Positions 1 to 10,760 of a stretch of DNA of 64,000 nucleotides are shown here, piece after piece; position 1 is the stretch's first letter, and every line of letters starts with the position of its first letter. The stretch lies in contig JAEZRQ010000002.1 in NCBI GenBank assembly GCA_023444045.1, positions 76,102 to 140,101 of the forward strand, in the 5' to 3' direction. The notes below the pieces were generated by a model that was not told the origin of the DNA, searched no databases, and worked only from the letters and a program-made list of their open reading frames with translations. Origin of the DNA: Candidatus Parcubacteria bacterium. GTDB lineage: Bacteria; Patescibacteriota; Patescibacteriia; Patescibacteriales; UBA12465. The position numbers and the translations under genes were made by a program.

Positions 1-2034
1 AGAATCTTCATAAACGATAGCTCCTAAGCCATTTCTAATCGGCCAAGCCCAGTTACTAGTAATACTTGAAGTATCACCAATATTATTAGCGCTAAAACTA
101 GAATCCATGATGTAATTAACATCTGTCCAACCCGATTTTCCTCTTAACAGTTCAGTACAACCTTCACTACTGCTGTCACAATCAGTAATTTTTTGATTGA
201 AGAAAATGGAAGCATTTTTATTCCAAGCTACCTGGTTAGTTGAACTTGAGTAGACGCCCAAATAAGAATACTGCTTACAACCGGAATTATTGGAATCACA
301 GGTGCTAAAATCTAAGGTATTTTCTAAGTAAGAAACTTTTTTATTATCACTAACACTGGTAAAACTTTGACAGGTGTTATAAACCGGCTCACAAGTTTCT
401 GAGTTAAACTTCCAAGTCCTCTTCTCCTCATTACAGTAACCATACAACTCGCAAGAACCGTCATTTTTTTCCTTAATACAGCTTTTTTCATCAGCACAAT
501 AATCATCCGCTCTTGAGATAGCTAAAATTGGAAAACCATTCTCGTCTTGAGATAGCAAACTGCTCATTATCTGGCTACCATAACCTTGTTTAGCGCAGTA
601 ATTAAGCGGCGCTTTTAAAACCCAATTAGGATCTACCAATCCTTGGCACCAAGCGATATCATTTTTATCAAATCCAGAACTAAAGACACCCTTACCATCA
701 AAACAAGAAATTAAATCCTGAAAAGTCACTTGATAGTTTTTAGAAGCCGCTGTTAGAATAGCCTGCTCCCAACCAAGAGGAACAATGCGATATTTTCTTA
801 AAATTGAGGCACTTCTTAAAGTATAAGCACTCTCCGCCTTGCTGTCTGAAGTTACTAACCAGTCACCATGAAGATAACCTTTCTTCAAGGCATCACCAAC
901 TGTCATCTTTTCAGAGATTGCTTGAGAGAATTTATCATCAATTACACAATTATTTGGACCAGGATTTTCTTGATCAGGACAAACCGCTAATTCTGACAAA
1001 ACACTATAATCGCTTCTAACATCAAATCTTGGTTTAATCACACTAGCCATTTTTTCACCAACAACTGATTCTCCATATTGAATAAGAGAAGTAAAGCCGC
1101 TGTTAACTCTATTAGCTAAAGCGTTGGTATCCAGTGGTCGGCTTGTTTCTGCTCCTTGAGTAACGGTTTGCAGTATTTTTTGAAAAGCCTCATAAGCTAA
1201 TTGATTTAAGAAAGTGTTAGCCGCATCAACTAAAGCATCGCCAGTAGTAGTTAATAAATTCTGTGTTTGAGCCTCCTGAGCTTGTTTTAATTTTTCCTCA
1301 GCGGTTCCTGGAGCTGTTTTAGCCTTACCAGCAATATTTCTCACATCAAGCCAACCCTCAGTAATAGTGTTTTTGGTTTTTTCTTCTTCCGTGGCTTTTG
1401 TGCTAGCCTCCTGAGTTCTGCCAAAAAGTGTAAAGGCGCCACTTAATTCACTGACGCCGGGATCAAAACTAACTTGAACAGATTTTACAAAGTCACCGGT
1501 TTCCATAGCGGCCAGTTTTTCCCAGGCCGAAGCATAATTAGATGATAGTTGAGAAAGGGTACAATTTGGAGTTTTTGGTTCTAGAGTCTGTACTAAACCT
1601 AAACCAACTTTTACCTGTAAGTCAGCACTTGGTGGTTGGCATAAATCAACGCCCCACCCCTCACCTAAGCCATCAATAAAATCACCGGCGGCGGCATCGC
1701 CGATATTTTTCCAATAAGTACTAAATTCTTCCACCACGAAGGTCGGCTGCTGACCCATACCGGCTGAAGCAACATAAGAAGCAGCACTTAAAGCCACTCT
1801 ATTTAAAGTATTACGAATTGTTGTGCCAATTAATTTAGCGCCAAAACTTTTGTACCACTTCTCGGCAGCTTTCTCTATTTTATCCCAAGCGTTTTTTAAA
1901 ACCTGAGGGATACTGACCGTCTCTACAGTTGCCACAGTAGCTTTAGCTGAACTAAGATTAAAGTTAAAAAAAGTTAAAGTTAAGAGAGAAATTAGGAAAG
2001 CAACTTTAATCTTTGAAAAAATATTTTTCTTCAT
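1..2034 (-). CDS. large secreted hypothetical protein (3' end truncated by window edge)
   Basis: The reverse frame is open from ATG 2034..2032 to position 1 (678 codons). It is absent from the ORF track because no stop lies in the window. The N-terminus MKKNIFSKIKVAFLISLLTLTFFNFNLSSAKA looks like a signal peptide, and the distal part is Cys-rich. I recognise no catalytic motif. Confidence 0.7.
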   Translation of the reverse strand, partial: MKKNIFSKIKVAFLISLLTLTFFNFNLSSAKATVATVETVSIPQVLKNAWDKIEKAAEKWYKSFGAKLIGTTIRNTLNRVALSAASYVASAGMGQQPTFVVEEFSTYWKNIGDAAAGDFIDGLGEGWGVDLCQPPSADLQVKVGLGLVQTLEPKTPNCTLSQLSSNYASAWEKLAAMETGDFVKSVQVSFDPGVSELSGAFTLFGRTQEASTKATEEEKTKNTITEGWLDVRNIAGKAKTAPGTAEEKLKQAQEAQTQNLLTTTGDALVDAANTFLNQLAYEAFQKILQTVTQGAETSRPLDTNALANRVNSGFTSLIQYGESVVGEKMASVIKPRFDVRSDYSVLSELAVCPDQENPGPNNCVIDDKFSQAISEKMTVGDALKKGYLHGDWLVTSDSKAESAYTLRSASILRKYRIVPLGWEQAILTAASKNYQVTFQDLISCFDGKGVFSSGFDKNDIAWCQGLVDPNWVLKAPLNYCAKQGYGSQIMSSLLSQDENGFPILAISRADDYCADEKSCIKEKNDGSCELYGYCNEEKRTWKFNSETCEPVYNTCQSFTSVSDNKKVSYLENTLDFSTCDSNNSGCKQYSYLGVYSSSTNQVAWNKNASIFFNQKITDCDSSSEGCTELLRGKSGWTDVNYIMDSSFSANNIGDTSSITSNWAWPIRNGLGAIVYEDS

Positions 2035-2044
2035 ATGTTATTTA

Positions 2045-2689
2045 TTATTGACTTGAGGTGGTGGCAGTAAAAGTTGCTGCCGGATTTTGAACAGACAAAA
2101 TTTCCATATACATATTCATTAAATCTTCATCTGAGATTAAATCCACTTCTTCTTTACTGGCCCCTGCTTGGAGCAAGATTTGCCGCATTGTTTCCGCATT
2201 ACCATCGCCGCTTAAAGCTTTAATTAAGAGGTCATCTTCAACTTTTTCAGCTGGATTTTGTGATACTTCTTCTGTAGCATCTCCTAAATTGTCGGTCTTA
2301 TCTCCAGTAAATAAGCTACAATCCGAACCCTCAGCGCAAAGAGGATCTTTACCAGTTCTTACCTCATCAAAATCAGAAATATTATCACCATCAGTGTCTT
2401 CAAGATATGGAGAGGTACCATAAATGTTTATTTCATCATAGTCAGACAAACCGTCCTTGTCAGTATCTTTAGTTCTGTTAATTGTTTCTTCTTCGGCTTT
2501 CTTTTTAGCAGCTTCTTCGGCTAAAATTTTATCCTCCGGACTAAGTCTAAAGGGACTGTTAATTCTATTTTCAAACTGCCAAATCCAAACACCGATAATG
2601 CCACAAGCAACTAAAGATAATAAAATAACCGCGATTTTTTGAGGACGCGGTAAGCTAGAAAAAGACTGACGCTCTTGTCTGTCGTTCAT
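2045..2689 (-). CDS. membrane-anchored protein with thrombospondin type-3-like acidic Ca-binding repeats
   Basis: There is an N-terminal TM segment (IAVILLSLVACGIIGVWIW). Two DxDxDGxxDxxE-type motifs are present (DTDKDGLSDYDE, DTDGDNISDFDE). Confidence 0.55.
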   Translation of the reverse strand: MNDRQERQSFSSLPRPQKIAVILLSLVACGIIGVWIWQFENRINSPFRLSPEDKILAEEAAKKKAEEETINRTKDTDKDGLSDYDEINIYGTSPYLEDTDGDNISDFDEVRTGKDPLCAEGSDCSLFTGDKTDNLGDATEEVSQNPAEKVEDDLLIKALSGDGNAETMRQILLQAGASKEEVDLISDEDLMNMYMEILSVQNPAATFTATTSSQ

Positions 2690-2718
2690 AATATTTTGAT
2701 TATAAGATAACGCTTAAA

Positions 2719-3558
2719 TTATAACACAAAATGAGAGCTGGCGGCAAACAAATTTTGCCAATCTTTTAAACTTAAATCTTGAGCACGAATATTTTTTTCT
2801 AATTTAGCTTTTTCAAGGATTTCTTCAGCTTCTTGAGAGCTTATTTTAAACCCGGAGACTAGATTATTTTTGAGCATTTTACGCTTAGAGCTAAAGCCAA
2901 TTTTAGCTAAACGAAAAAAGTTTTTTTCATTTTCTTTTGAAACTACCTGATTAGCTTTTTTTAGCACTAACTTAACAACCGCACTATCAACTTTTGGTTC
3001 CGGCCAAAAGTTTCCAGCTTTTACCTCACGAATAATTTTGATATCAGCAAAGAATTGAGCAGAAAGGGACAACATGCTCATTTCCCCCGAGGCAGCAACC
3101 AGTCTCTCGGCCACCTCTTTTTGTAACATCAAAACTAAGGAATGAGGTTTGTTAACTTGAGTTAGAAAGGTTCTTAAAAAAATAGAGCTGATATTATATG
3201 GTAAGTTGGCCACTATTTTATAGTTAAGCGGTAAATTACTGGGATTAAATTTCAAAACATCTTGGTTAACTATAGAAACATTACTTACCTCCTGAGAATC
3301 AAGACCAATTTGTAAGAAATTAGCAATTTTATCATCAAGCTCCACTGCTATTACTTCTTTAGCCACTTTAGCCAATCTAGCCGTTAAAAAACCTAAACCT
3401 GGACCAACCTCTAAAATTGTATCAGTTTCCTTAATCTCAGCCGCCGCCACAATTTCATCATATATTTTTTCATTAATTAAAAAATTTTGCCCTTTACTAC
3501 GGCTGGGATTAATGCCATACATTCTGCATAATTCAATTGTTTTTTGTGCTAAAGTCAT
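2719..3558 (-). CDS. rsmA: 16S rRNA (adenine1518/1519-N6)-dimethyltransferase RsmA/KsgA
   Basis: Motifs GQNFL, the SAM-binding EVGPGLGFLT, and NLPYNISS. Confidence 0.9.
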   Translation of the reverse strand: MTLAQKTIELCRMYGINPSRSKGQNFLINEKIYDEIVAAAEIKETDTILEVGPGLGFLTARLAKVAKEVIAVELDDKIANFLQIGLDSQEVSNVSIVNQDVLKFNPSNLPLNYKIVANLPYNISSIFLRTFLTQVNKPHSLVLMLQKEVAERLVAASGEMSMLSLSAQFFADIKIIREVKAGNFWPEPKVDSAVVKLVLKKANQVVSKENEKNFFRLAKIGFSSKRKMLKNNLVSGFKISSQEAEEILEKAKLEKNIRAQDLSLKDWQNLFAASSHFVL

Positions 3559-3559
3559 T

Positions 3560-6010
3560 TTATTTGATTACAATACTAAGAAGTTTTCCTTTAACATAAA
3601 CTACTTTAACTATTTCCTTGCCATCAAGCCATTTTTTAACATTTAAGTCAGCTAGAGCCAGCTCTTTAGCATCTTCCTCAATGATATCAGCTGGTGCTTC
3701 AATGGTAGCCCGAATCTTACCATTAATCTGAACAGCTAAAGTAAAAGAATCATCCTGGAGTAAAACCTTGTCATATTCTGGCCAAGAAGATTTAAGAATA
3801 CTTTCTTTATTACCAATTCTCTCCCATAATTCTTCAGCTAAGTGCGGGGCAAATGGCTCTAAAATTCTAATAAATAATTCTAAATTTTTAAGAGTTAGTG
3901 GCCAAGAATTATTTTTGTTTTTAAAATCATAGAGATGATTAACAAAGATCATCAGAGCGGAAATAGCGGTATTATATTTAAAATCTTCAATGTCATTTCC
4001 CACCTTTAAGATTGTTTTATGTAGTAAAGATATGGTTTTTTTATCATCTACTCGTGGCAAATCCTGTATTAAGTCACTAACTTTATCCAGAAAACGAACG
4101 ACACCAATAATACCCTGGCTATTCCAAGGTTTCATATCTTCCAGCGGCCCCATAAACATTTCATAAAGACGTAAAGAGTCAGCGCCATGTGCTTTAACTA
4201 AGTCATCTGGATTAACTACATTGCCTTTTGATTTACTCATTTTATTACCATCCTCGCCCAAAATAATACCTTGATGACGAAGTTTCAAAAATGGTTCATC
4301 AAAATTTAAATAACCATATTTCTTTAAAACTTTAGTAAAGAAACGAGCATATAATAAGTGTAAAACGGTATGTTCAGCGCCACCAAAATATAAATCCACC
4401 GGCAACCATTTAGCTAATTTTTTTGGGTCAGCAAAAAGTTGAGCATTCTTAGGATCAGCATAACGCAAATAATACCAGGAAGAACAAACAAAAGTATCCA
4501 TAGTGTCACTTTCTCTACGTGCCTTAGCACCACACTTAGGGCAATTAACTTGGTGGAATTCTTCAGAATATTTTAAAGGTGATTCTCCTGTTGGACGAAA
4601 GTCTACATCAGTTGGTAATTTAACCGGTAAATCTTCAAGTGGTACAGGAACTTCGCCACAAGAGCTACAGTAAATAATTGGGATTGGTGCCCCCCAATAA
4701 CGTTGACGAGAAACCAACCAATCACGCAGGCGATAGTTAATCGTTTTTTCTCCTTGATTGGTGCGACTTAAAAAGTCGGTCATTCTTTGTCGAGCTTCAG
4801 CTGATTTTAACCCAGTAAATTCACCGGAATCAACCAGCAGACCGTCATCACAATAAGGCTCTTCTCCTAAATTATTTTCCGAAACGATAGAGTTTCTAAT
4901 CTCTAAATCATATTTTTTAGCAAACTCAAAATCACGTTCATCATGAGCCGGAACAGCCATCACCGCCCCAGTACCATAATTAGCTAAAACATAATCGGCC
5001 ACAAAAACTTTAACTTCTTCATTATTAAAAGGATTAATGGCGCTAATTCCCTCTAAAATAACTCCGCTTTTATCTTTATTTAAATCTGTTCGCTGCAGTT
5101 CCGTTTTAGCAGAAACTTCATTAATATATTTTTCAACGACTGCTCTATTTTTTGTCAGTGGTAAAAGTTCTTTAGTTAAAAGGCTCTCCGGAGCTAAAAC
5201 GACATAAGTGCAGCCAAAGATAGTATCAACTCTAGTGGTAAAAACTCTAATTTTTTTCTCACCAGTTAAGTTGTCAGCAACGATAGTAAAATCAACTAAA
5301 GCCCCTTCGCTACGACCAATCCAGTTACGCTGAGCGGTTTTAGTAGAATCAGGCCAATCTAAATTATCAAGTCCGGAAAGTAAACCAGAAATTTCACGAC
5401 CTTCGTGCTTTTGGTCTTCTACAAAATCAGTAATCTTAAAGAACCACTGTTCTAAGTCCTTTTGAATTACGGAATTACCACAACGCTCACACACCCCGCC
5501 TTCGGCTTGTTCACGGGCCAGAACCGTCTGACAACTATCACACCAATTTACTTTGGCTTTCTTTTTATAAGCTAAACCGTTTTGATACATTAAAAGAAAC
5601 ATCCACTGCGTCCATTTATAATATTCTGGATCAGAAGTCATAAGTACCCGTTCCCAATCATAGGAAAAACCCAGCGAATCAATTTGTTTAATAAAATTAG
5701 CACTAGCTGTCTTAGTGGTTTCATTGGGGTGAATGCCGGTTTTAATAGCGTAATTTTCGGCCGGCAAACCAAAGGCATCAAAGCCTTGAGGGTGAAGAAC
5801 GTTAAAACCTTTAGCCCGAGAGTATCTGGAATAGATATCAGTTGCAGTATATGACTCAACATGACCGGCGTGTAGTCCAGCCCCAGATGGATAAGGAAAC
5901 ATGTCTAAAATGAAACGTTTTGGCTTGTCGCTTGTCTCATCGGTTTGGTAAGCCTTAGTTTCCCGCCAACGAGCTTGCCATTTTTTATCAATATTTTGAT
6001 GGTCGTACAT
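3560..6010 (-). CDS. leuS: leucyl-tRNA synthetase
   Basis: 816 aa with a HIGH-type motif (HAGHV), KMSKS, and Cys-cluster insertions typical of LeuS. Confidence 0.95.
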   Translation of the reverse strand: MYDHQNIDKKWQARWRETKAYQTDETSDKPKRFILDMFPYPSGAGLHAGHVESYTATDIYSRYSRAKGFNVLHPQGFDAFGLPAENYAIKTGIHPNETTKTASANFIKQIDSLGFSYDWERVLMTSDPEYYKWTQWMFLLMYQNGLAYKKKAKVNWCDSCQTVLAREQAEGGVCERCGNSVIQKDLEQWFFKITDFVEDQKHEGREISGLLSGLDNLDWPDSTKTAQRNWIGRSEGALVDFTIVADNLTGEKKIRVFTTRVDTIFGCTYVVLAPESLLTKELLPLTKNRAVVEKYINEVSAKTELQRTDLNKDKSGVILEGISAINPFNNEEVKVFVADYVLANYGTGAVMAVPAHDERDFEFAKKYDLEIRNSIVSENNLGEEPYCDDGLLVDSGEFTGLKSAEARQRMTDFLSRTNQGEKTINYRLRDWLVSRQRYWGAPIPIIYCSSCGEVPVPLEDLPVKLPTDVDFRPTGESPLKYSEEFHQVNCPKCGAKARRESDTMDTFVCSSWYYLRYADPKNAQLFADPKKLAKWLPVDLYFGGAEHTVLHLLYARFFTKVLKKYGYLNFDEPFLKLRHQGIILGEDGNKMSKSKGNVVNPDDLVKAHGADSLRLYEMFMGPLEDMKPWNSQGIIGVVRFLDKVSDLIQDLPRVDDKKTISLLHKTILKVGNDIEDFKYNTAISALMIFVNHLYDFKNKNNSWPLTLKNLELFIRILEPFAPHLAEELWERIGNKESILKSSWPEYDKVLLQDDSFTLAVQINGKIRATIEAPADIIEEDAKELALADLNVKKWLDGKEIVKVVYVKGKLLSIVIK

Positions 6011-6036
6011 AAATTTAACGCTAATAATATGGGATT

Positions 6037-6065
6037 ATCTTATCTCATAATCAGCCTTTTGGCAA
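6037..6065 (-). promoter_or_regulatory. candidate sigma70-type promoter for leuS
   Basis: Minus strand reads TTGCCA, a 17-nt spacer, then TAAGAT, about 25 nt upstream of the leuS ATG. Confidence 0.35.
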
Positions 6066-6098
6066 CTAAAAAATAGCCTTTATCTAGCTATTTTTTAA
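6066..6098 (-). terminator. intrinsic terminator after xth
   Basis: AAUAGC/GCUAUU stem flanked by an A-run and a U-run (aaaaaatagcctttatctagctatttttt). Confidence 0.55.
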
Positions 6099-6104
6099 TT
6101 AATT

Positions 6105-6869
6105 TTAGAATTCTAAACTAACTGGACAATGGTCTGATCCTAGAATATTGTCTAATATTTTAGCTTTTTGTATTTTTGTGCCTAAAATCTGAGAAACGCA
6201 AAAATAATCAATCCGCCAACCAACATTCCGCGCCCGAGCTCCAGCGCGATAAGACCACCAAGTATACTGGATTTTATTACCATTTAGGGTTCGATAGCTA
6301 TCAATAAAACCATCACTTAAAAATGCTTCCATCCAAGCACATTCTTCTTTAGTAAAGCCTGGGCTACCAATATTCTCCTTCGGTCTGGCTAAATCAATTT
6401 CCCGGTGGGCAACATTAAAGTCACCACAGATAACCACCGGCTTTTTCTGCTCCAAATCTTTCAAATGATGTTGCAATTTTTGATTATATTCTATCTTATA
6501 ATCCAATCTTGATAGTTCACTGTTGGCATTAGGAAAATAGCAATTAACTAGATAAAAATCAGTAAATTCTAGAATTTGCGTTCGCCCCTCATCATCAAAA
6601 ATTGGTTCTCCAAAACCACTAGCCACAGAAATTGGTTTTTCTGCTCCGTTTTTAATTAAAATAGCCGTTCCGCTATACCCTGGCCTTTTGGCACAATTCC
6701 AGTATTCGTCATATCCGGGAAAGTCCAAGTTAGCATCATTTTTACTCTCCTCAGAGATTTTAACCTCTTGTAAACAGAGAATATCTGGAGATTCAGAGGA
6801 TAAAAATTCTAAAAAATTTTTTTTAAGAATTGCTCTAATACCATTTACATTCCAAGAAACAATTTTCAT
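6105..6869 (-). CDS. xth: exodeoxyribonuclease III (AP endonuclease, EEP family)
   Basis: MKIVSWNVNGIRA at the N-terminus, CLQE, and the C-terminal SDHCPV motif. Confidence 0.9.
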   Translation of the reverse strand: MKIVSWNVNGIRAILKKNFLEFLSSESPDILCLQEVKISEESKNDANLDFPGYDEYWNCAKRPGYSGTAILIKNGAEKPISVASGFGEPIFDDEGRTQILEFTDFYLVNCYFPNANSELSRLDYKIEYNQKLQHHLKDLEQKKPVVICGDFNVAHREIDLARPKENIGSPGFTKEECAWMEAFLSDGFIDSYRTLNGNKIQYTWWSYRAGARARNVGWRIDYFCVSQILGTKIQKAKILDNILGSDHCPVSLEF

Positions 6870-6933
6870 AGTGTCAATTTTTCATAAATTATGTATAATG
6901 AAAGTATAATTTAAAAAGGTAAAAGAGACAATT

Positions 6934-7710
6934 ATGCCACTTGACTTAGGTAATATGAACCTTGAAGAAAGGGTTAAATATTTGGAATTAAAACAAAAGT
7001 ACAAAAAGAAATTGCTTCCTTGGTATAAAAAATGGTGGGGAGTAATAATTTTAGTTATCTTAGGGCTAATTATAGTCTTTGGCACCATGTCCGGCTTTTA
7101 TATTTTTAACGAAACAAAAAGAATAATTGCTGAAAATGAAAATTCTTCAAAAATCGGAAGTGATGTTTTGTTAAAACAGGCTATTTATGGATCTGGCCTA
7201 AATTATTCCCTAGGAAGCGACACAGCGCCGGTTAAAATTGTGGAGTTTGCTGATTTTGCCTGCCCTTATTGTGAACAAGCTCACACTATTTTAAGAAAAA
7301 TTGTAAATAAATATCCTGGGCAAATAAAAATAATATACCGCGACCTGCCACTGCACGAACAATCTGTTAGCCTTGCTTTAGGAGCAAGGTGTGCCGGAGA
7401 GCAAGGAATGTTTTGGGAGATGCACGATCAGCTTTTTGCCAACCAAAGTGTTCTAACTGGCAGCGAAGAAGAGATAAAAGCAATAATTTATAGCCTGGCG
7501 GGGACAATCGGTTTAAATGCGGCTACTTTTGATAGTTGTTACACTAGTAAAAAGTATCTCTACAATATCAGTCAGGATTTTACTGATGCTGGAATTTTAA
7601 AAATAAAAGGCACTCCTTCTTGGTTCATTAATGAAAAATTAGTTTCTGGTTATATTGAAGAGGAAGATTTTTTCAACCTCTTAGAAGGCTACCTTAGTGT
7701 TATAAAATAA
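6934..7710 (+). CDS. membrane-anchored DsbA-family thiol:disulfide oxidoreductase
   Basis: N-terminal TM helix, a CPYC active-site motif (FACPYCEQAH), and the GTPSWFIN cis-Pro-loop-like region. Confidence 0.75.
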   Translation: MPLDLGNMNLEERVKYLELKQKYKKKLLPWYKKWWGVIILVILGLIIVFGTMSGFYIFNETKRIIAENENSSKIGSDVLLKQAIYGSGLNYSLGSDTAPVKIVEFADFACPYCEQAHTILRKIVNKYPGQIKIIYRDLPLHEQSVSLALGARCAGEQGMFWEMHDQLFANQSVLTGSEEEIKAIIYSLAGTIGLNAATFDSCYTSKKYLYNISQDFTDAGILKIKGTPSWFINEKLVSGYIEEEDFFNLLEGYLSVIK

Positions 7711-7712
7711 CT

Positions 7713-8285
7713 ATGAGTAAAGAAATAATCCAAATCAGAGTCCATGGTCGTGGCGGACAAGGGGTGGTAACAGCGGCTGAATTAATTGCCATGGCGGCTT
7801 TTTATGAAGGTAAAGAAGCTCAGGCCTTTCCTTTTTTTGGGGTAGAAAGAAGTGGCGCACCAATCATGGCTTTTGCTAGAATTTCTGATAAAAAAATAAA
7901 AACCAGAGAACAGGTTTATGAGCCTGATTATTTAATTATTCAAGATGAAACCTTAATTGATGATGACGGGGTTTTAGTTGGTTGTAACAACCATACTAAG
8001 TTGATTGTTAATTCTAGCAAATCAGCTAAAGACATTTTTCATAATTTACCAAACTCAAAAATAAAGATAAATAATATTTTTACCACTCCAGCCACAGAAA
8101 TTGCTCTAGAATTTTTAGGAAGAAATATCGTTAATACTGTTATTTTAGGAGCCATGGCAAAATACAGCGGTCTTTTTTCTTTAGCAGCCTTAAAACAAGC
8201 AGTCACTAAAAAATTAATCAGTAAAGGAGAGAATATCTTACAAAAAAATCTGGCCGCTATAACAAAAATATATGAAAGCAATTAG
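7713..8285 (+). CDS. porG: pyruvate/2-oxoacid:ferredoxin oxidoreductase gamma subunit
   Basis: IRVHGRGGQGVVTAAELIA motif typical of the POR gamma subunit, plus operon context. Confidence 0.85.
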   Translation: MSKEIIQIRVHGRGGQGVVTAAELIAMAAFYEGKEAQAFPFFGVERSGAPIMAFARISDKKIKTREQVYEPDYLIIQDETLIDDDGVLVGCNNHTKLIVNSSKSAKDIFHNLPNSKIKINNIFTTPATEIALEFLGRNIVNTVILGAMAKYSGLFSLAALKQAVTKKLISKGENILQKNLAAITKIYESN

Positions 8286-8535
8286 TAAACCAAATACTTC
8301 TTTAAGTAACAAGACTGGTTCTTGGCGAATTTTTAAACCAATTACTGATTATAGTATTTGTATTGGCTGCTCCATGTGCGCCAAGGTTTGTCCTGACGCT
8401 TGCATTTTAATGAAGTCACAGAAAAAATTTGATAATAAATTAAAGCCGGTTACTGATTATGATTATTGTAAAGGCTGTGGCCTATGCGCTAAAGAATGCC
8501 CAGTAAAAGCCATAAAAATGATTAAAGATTTTTAG
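8272..8535 (+). CDS. porD: POR delta subunit (2x[4Fe-4S] ferredoxin)
   Basis: Two CxxCxxCxxxCP motifs (CIGCSMCAKVCP, CKGCGLCAKECP). Confidence 0.85.
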   Translation: MKAISKPNTSLSNKTGSWRIFKPITDYSICIGCSMCAKVCPDACILMKSQKKFDNKLKPVTDYDYCKGCGLCAKECPVKAIKMIKDF

Positions 8536-8536
8536 T

Positions 8537-9679
8537 ATGAAAAAAACTAAGCGCCAATTTTTAGAAGGTTCAGAGGCAATCGCTTTAACTATTAAAGAAA
8601 TTGCCCCTCAGGTAGTAAGTGCCTACCCGATTACTCCACAAACACATATTGTTGAAGACCTATCTAAATTTAAAGCTAATGGGCAAGCAAAATATGAATA
8701 TGTAAGAGCTGAAAGTGAATTCGCGGCCGCTTCAATTGTTTTAGGGGCTAGTGCCACTGGAGTACGTACTTACAGTGCTACCTCATCTCAAGGATTGCTA
8801 CTGATGGCTGAGGTAATTTACAATATTTCTGGCATGAGATTGCCGGTCGTGATGACTGTGGCTAACAGAGCAGTATCAGCGCCGATTAATATTTGGAATG
8901 ATCATAGTGACATAATGGGACTACGTGACGCTGGTGCGATTTTGTTTTTCGCTGAAACTCACCAAGAAGCAATTGACCAGCATGTTTTAGCTTACAAGAT
9001 AGCCGAAAAACTATCATTGCCAGTCTTTGTTAATGTTGATGGTTTTATTCTAACCCACTCCTATGAAGCTTGTGAAATTCCAGAGAGAAAATTAATAAAA
9101 AAGTTTTTACCGGACTACCAAGCGACTAAAGGAGAAATTCTTGACCCTAAAAATCCGGTAACTCTAGGGATGTTTGCTGGGCCAAATTATTATTTTGGTT
9201 TTAGAAAAAAATTACAAGACGATTTACTCTCCAGCACTACTTTAATTGAAAAAGAATATCTTAATTGGAAAAAAATCTTTAATCCAGAAAAAAAAGATAA
9301 GGCTGTTATAATAGACTCTGGTTTATTAGAGTTTTATGGCAATAAGAATCCTAAAACAGTAATTATCACCTTAGGAACACTTACCGGAACAGTTAAATCA
9401 CTGATTGATAATTCAAAAAATAAAACACTGGCTGTTTTAAAAATAAAATGCTATCGCCCTTTCCCAGCTGAACAGATTAAAAAAGTTTTGCGTGGGGTTA
9501 AAAATATAATTGTTTTAGAAAAAACCTACGGCTTAGGATATCAACCGCCTATTCTTCTAGACTTAAGCGCCGCCTTATTTAATGAAAACATAAAAATATT
9601 TTCTGAGGTTGTCGGCCTCGGCGGTAAAGACATTACTGAAAAAGAAATTAACCAAATAATTAAAAAATATGAAAAATAA
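8537..9679 (+). CDS. porA: POR alpha subunit
   Basis: AYPITPQT motif, 380 aa, operon context. Confidence 0.85.
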   Translation: MKKTKRQFLEGSEAIALTIKEIAPQVVSAYPITPQTHIVEDLSKFKANGQAKYEYVRAESEFAAASIVLGASATGVRTYSATSSQGLLLMAEVIYNISGMRLPVVMTVANRAVSAPINIWNDHSDIMGLRDAGAILFFAETHQEAIDQHVLAYKIAEKLSLPVFVNVDGFILTHSYEACEIPERKLIKKFLPDYQATKGEILDPKNPVTLGMFAGPNYYFGFRKKLQDDLLSSTTLIEKEYLNWKKIFNPEKKDKAVIIDSGLLEFYGNKNPKTVIITLGTLTGTVKSLIDNSKNKTLAVLKIKCYRPFPAEQIKKVLRGVKNIIVLEKTYGLGYQPPILLDLSAALFNENIKIFSEVVGLGGKDITEKEINQIIKKYEK

Positions 9680-10748
9680 TATTTATAAGAAGATAGTTTT
9701 TATTTTTGGTTTTTTATTCTTAATATCCATCGCTCAACCAATTAACGCTGCCATAGAGATAGAGGATGTAAAATTTACCCCACAAATAGGAATTCCGGGA
9801 TCAGAATTTCAACAAGGCAAAGCCGTAGAGGTTGGAGGGGTTAGCGTTAAAGGAGAAAATAAGGTTTTAACAGCTAATCTAATATCCAGATATGTTAATT
9901 CCTTTTATTCTTGGGGCTTATCAATCCTTGGGATTTTAGCCGTTTTAATTTTGATGACTGGGGGAATTTTATGGTTAACATCTAGAGGTGATAACGGACA
10001 AATAGAAAAAGCTAAGAAGATGATTAGTGGTAGTTTATTTGGTTCTTTATTATTATTAGGAGCTTGGTTTATTTTAAATACCATTAACCCAGATTTAGTT
10101 AAGCCGGCGAGTATTGAAATCACTACTATAAATAAAAAAAGTATAGATACGAGTGATTTTTTAGATGAAGCTGAAAAATTTAAATTCGTCTGTTTAAGTG
10201 GGAGTTTAACGTGTGCTAACACAACCCCGCCGACAGTAAATGTAGACATCCAAGCTTGTTATGATAAATATGGCTCCCATGATTGTAAGTATCCTGAAAA
10301 GGCTTGGTGTTGCGGACTAAACTCTGATTCTGAAGAAAAGGCTAACGCTCTTTGTGTAGGAAAACAAAATGGCACACCTTGTCAGATAAATGAAACTGCT
10401 CTTATGGGTACTGGTTATTGCTTTAATAATGTTTGCAAACCTTGTATTTATTTCGGAAAAGAGTGTGACAATAATTACGAATGCTTAGGGGCGAGTTTAT
10501 TAATATGCGGCTACGGAGAAACTTCTGGAGTAGAGTATGCTAGTGATTGTAATTCAGGTTATTGTGCTGGCAGAACTGAAGAGAACGAGGGGGGATCTTG
10601 CGGTCCAAACTTTGAAGGTAGGTGCTACAGTTATACGGGTATTTATTCATGCCCCCAGGATACGAAAGCTTACTCTGGAGGCACACAGTGCGGGAAAGGC
10701 TTAAAGTGTTGTATAAGAACATCTACTGGTGTAACCGGTAATTGGTAA
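9669..10748 (+). CDS. secreted/membrane Cys-rich protein with TrbC/VirB2-type (T4SS-pilin-like) two-helix core
   Basis: Signal peptide (…ISIAQPINA). Hydrophobic helix pair GILAVLILMTGGILWLTSRGDNGQIEKAKKMISGSLFGSLLLLGAWFILNTINPDL. The C-terminal ~190 aa carry more than 20 Cys. The start overlaps the porA stop by 11 nt. Confidence 0.6.
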   Translation: MKNNIYKKIVFIFGFLFLISIAQPINAAIEIEDVKFTPQIGIPGSEFQQGKAVEVGGVSVKGENKVLTANLISRYVNSFYSWGLSILGILAVLILMTGGILWLTSRGDNGQIEKAKKMISGSLFGSLLLLGAWFILNTINPDLVKPASIEITTINKKSIDTSDFLDEAEKFKFVCLSGSLTCANTTPPTVNVDIQACYDKYGSHDCKYPEKAWCCGLNSDSEEKANALCVGKQNGTPCQINETALMGTGYCFNNVCKPCIYFGKECDNNYECLGASLLICGYGETSGVEYASDCNSGYCAGRTEENEGGSCGPNFEGRCYSYTGIYSCPQDTKAYSGGTQCGKGLKCCIRTSTGVTGNW

Positions 10749-10760
10749 AAAATAAAAACT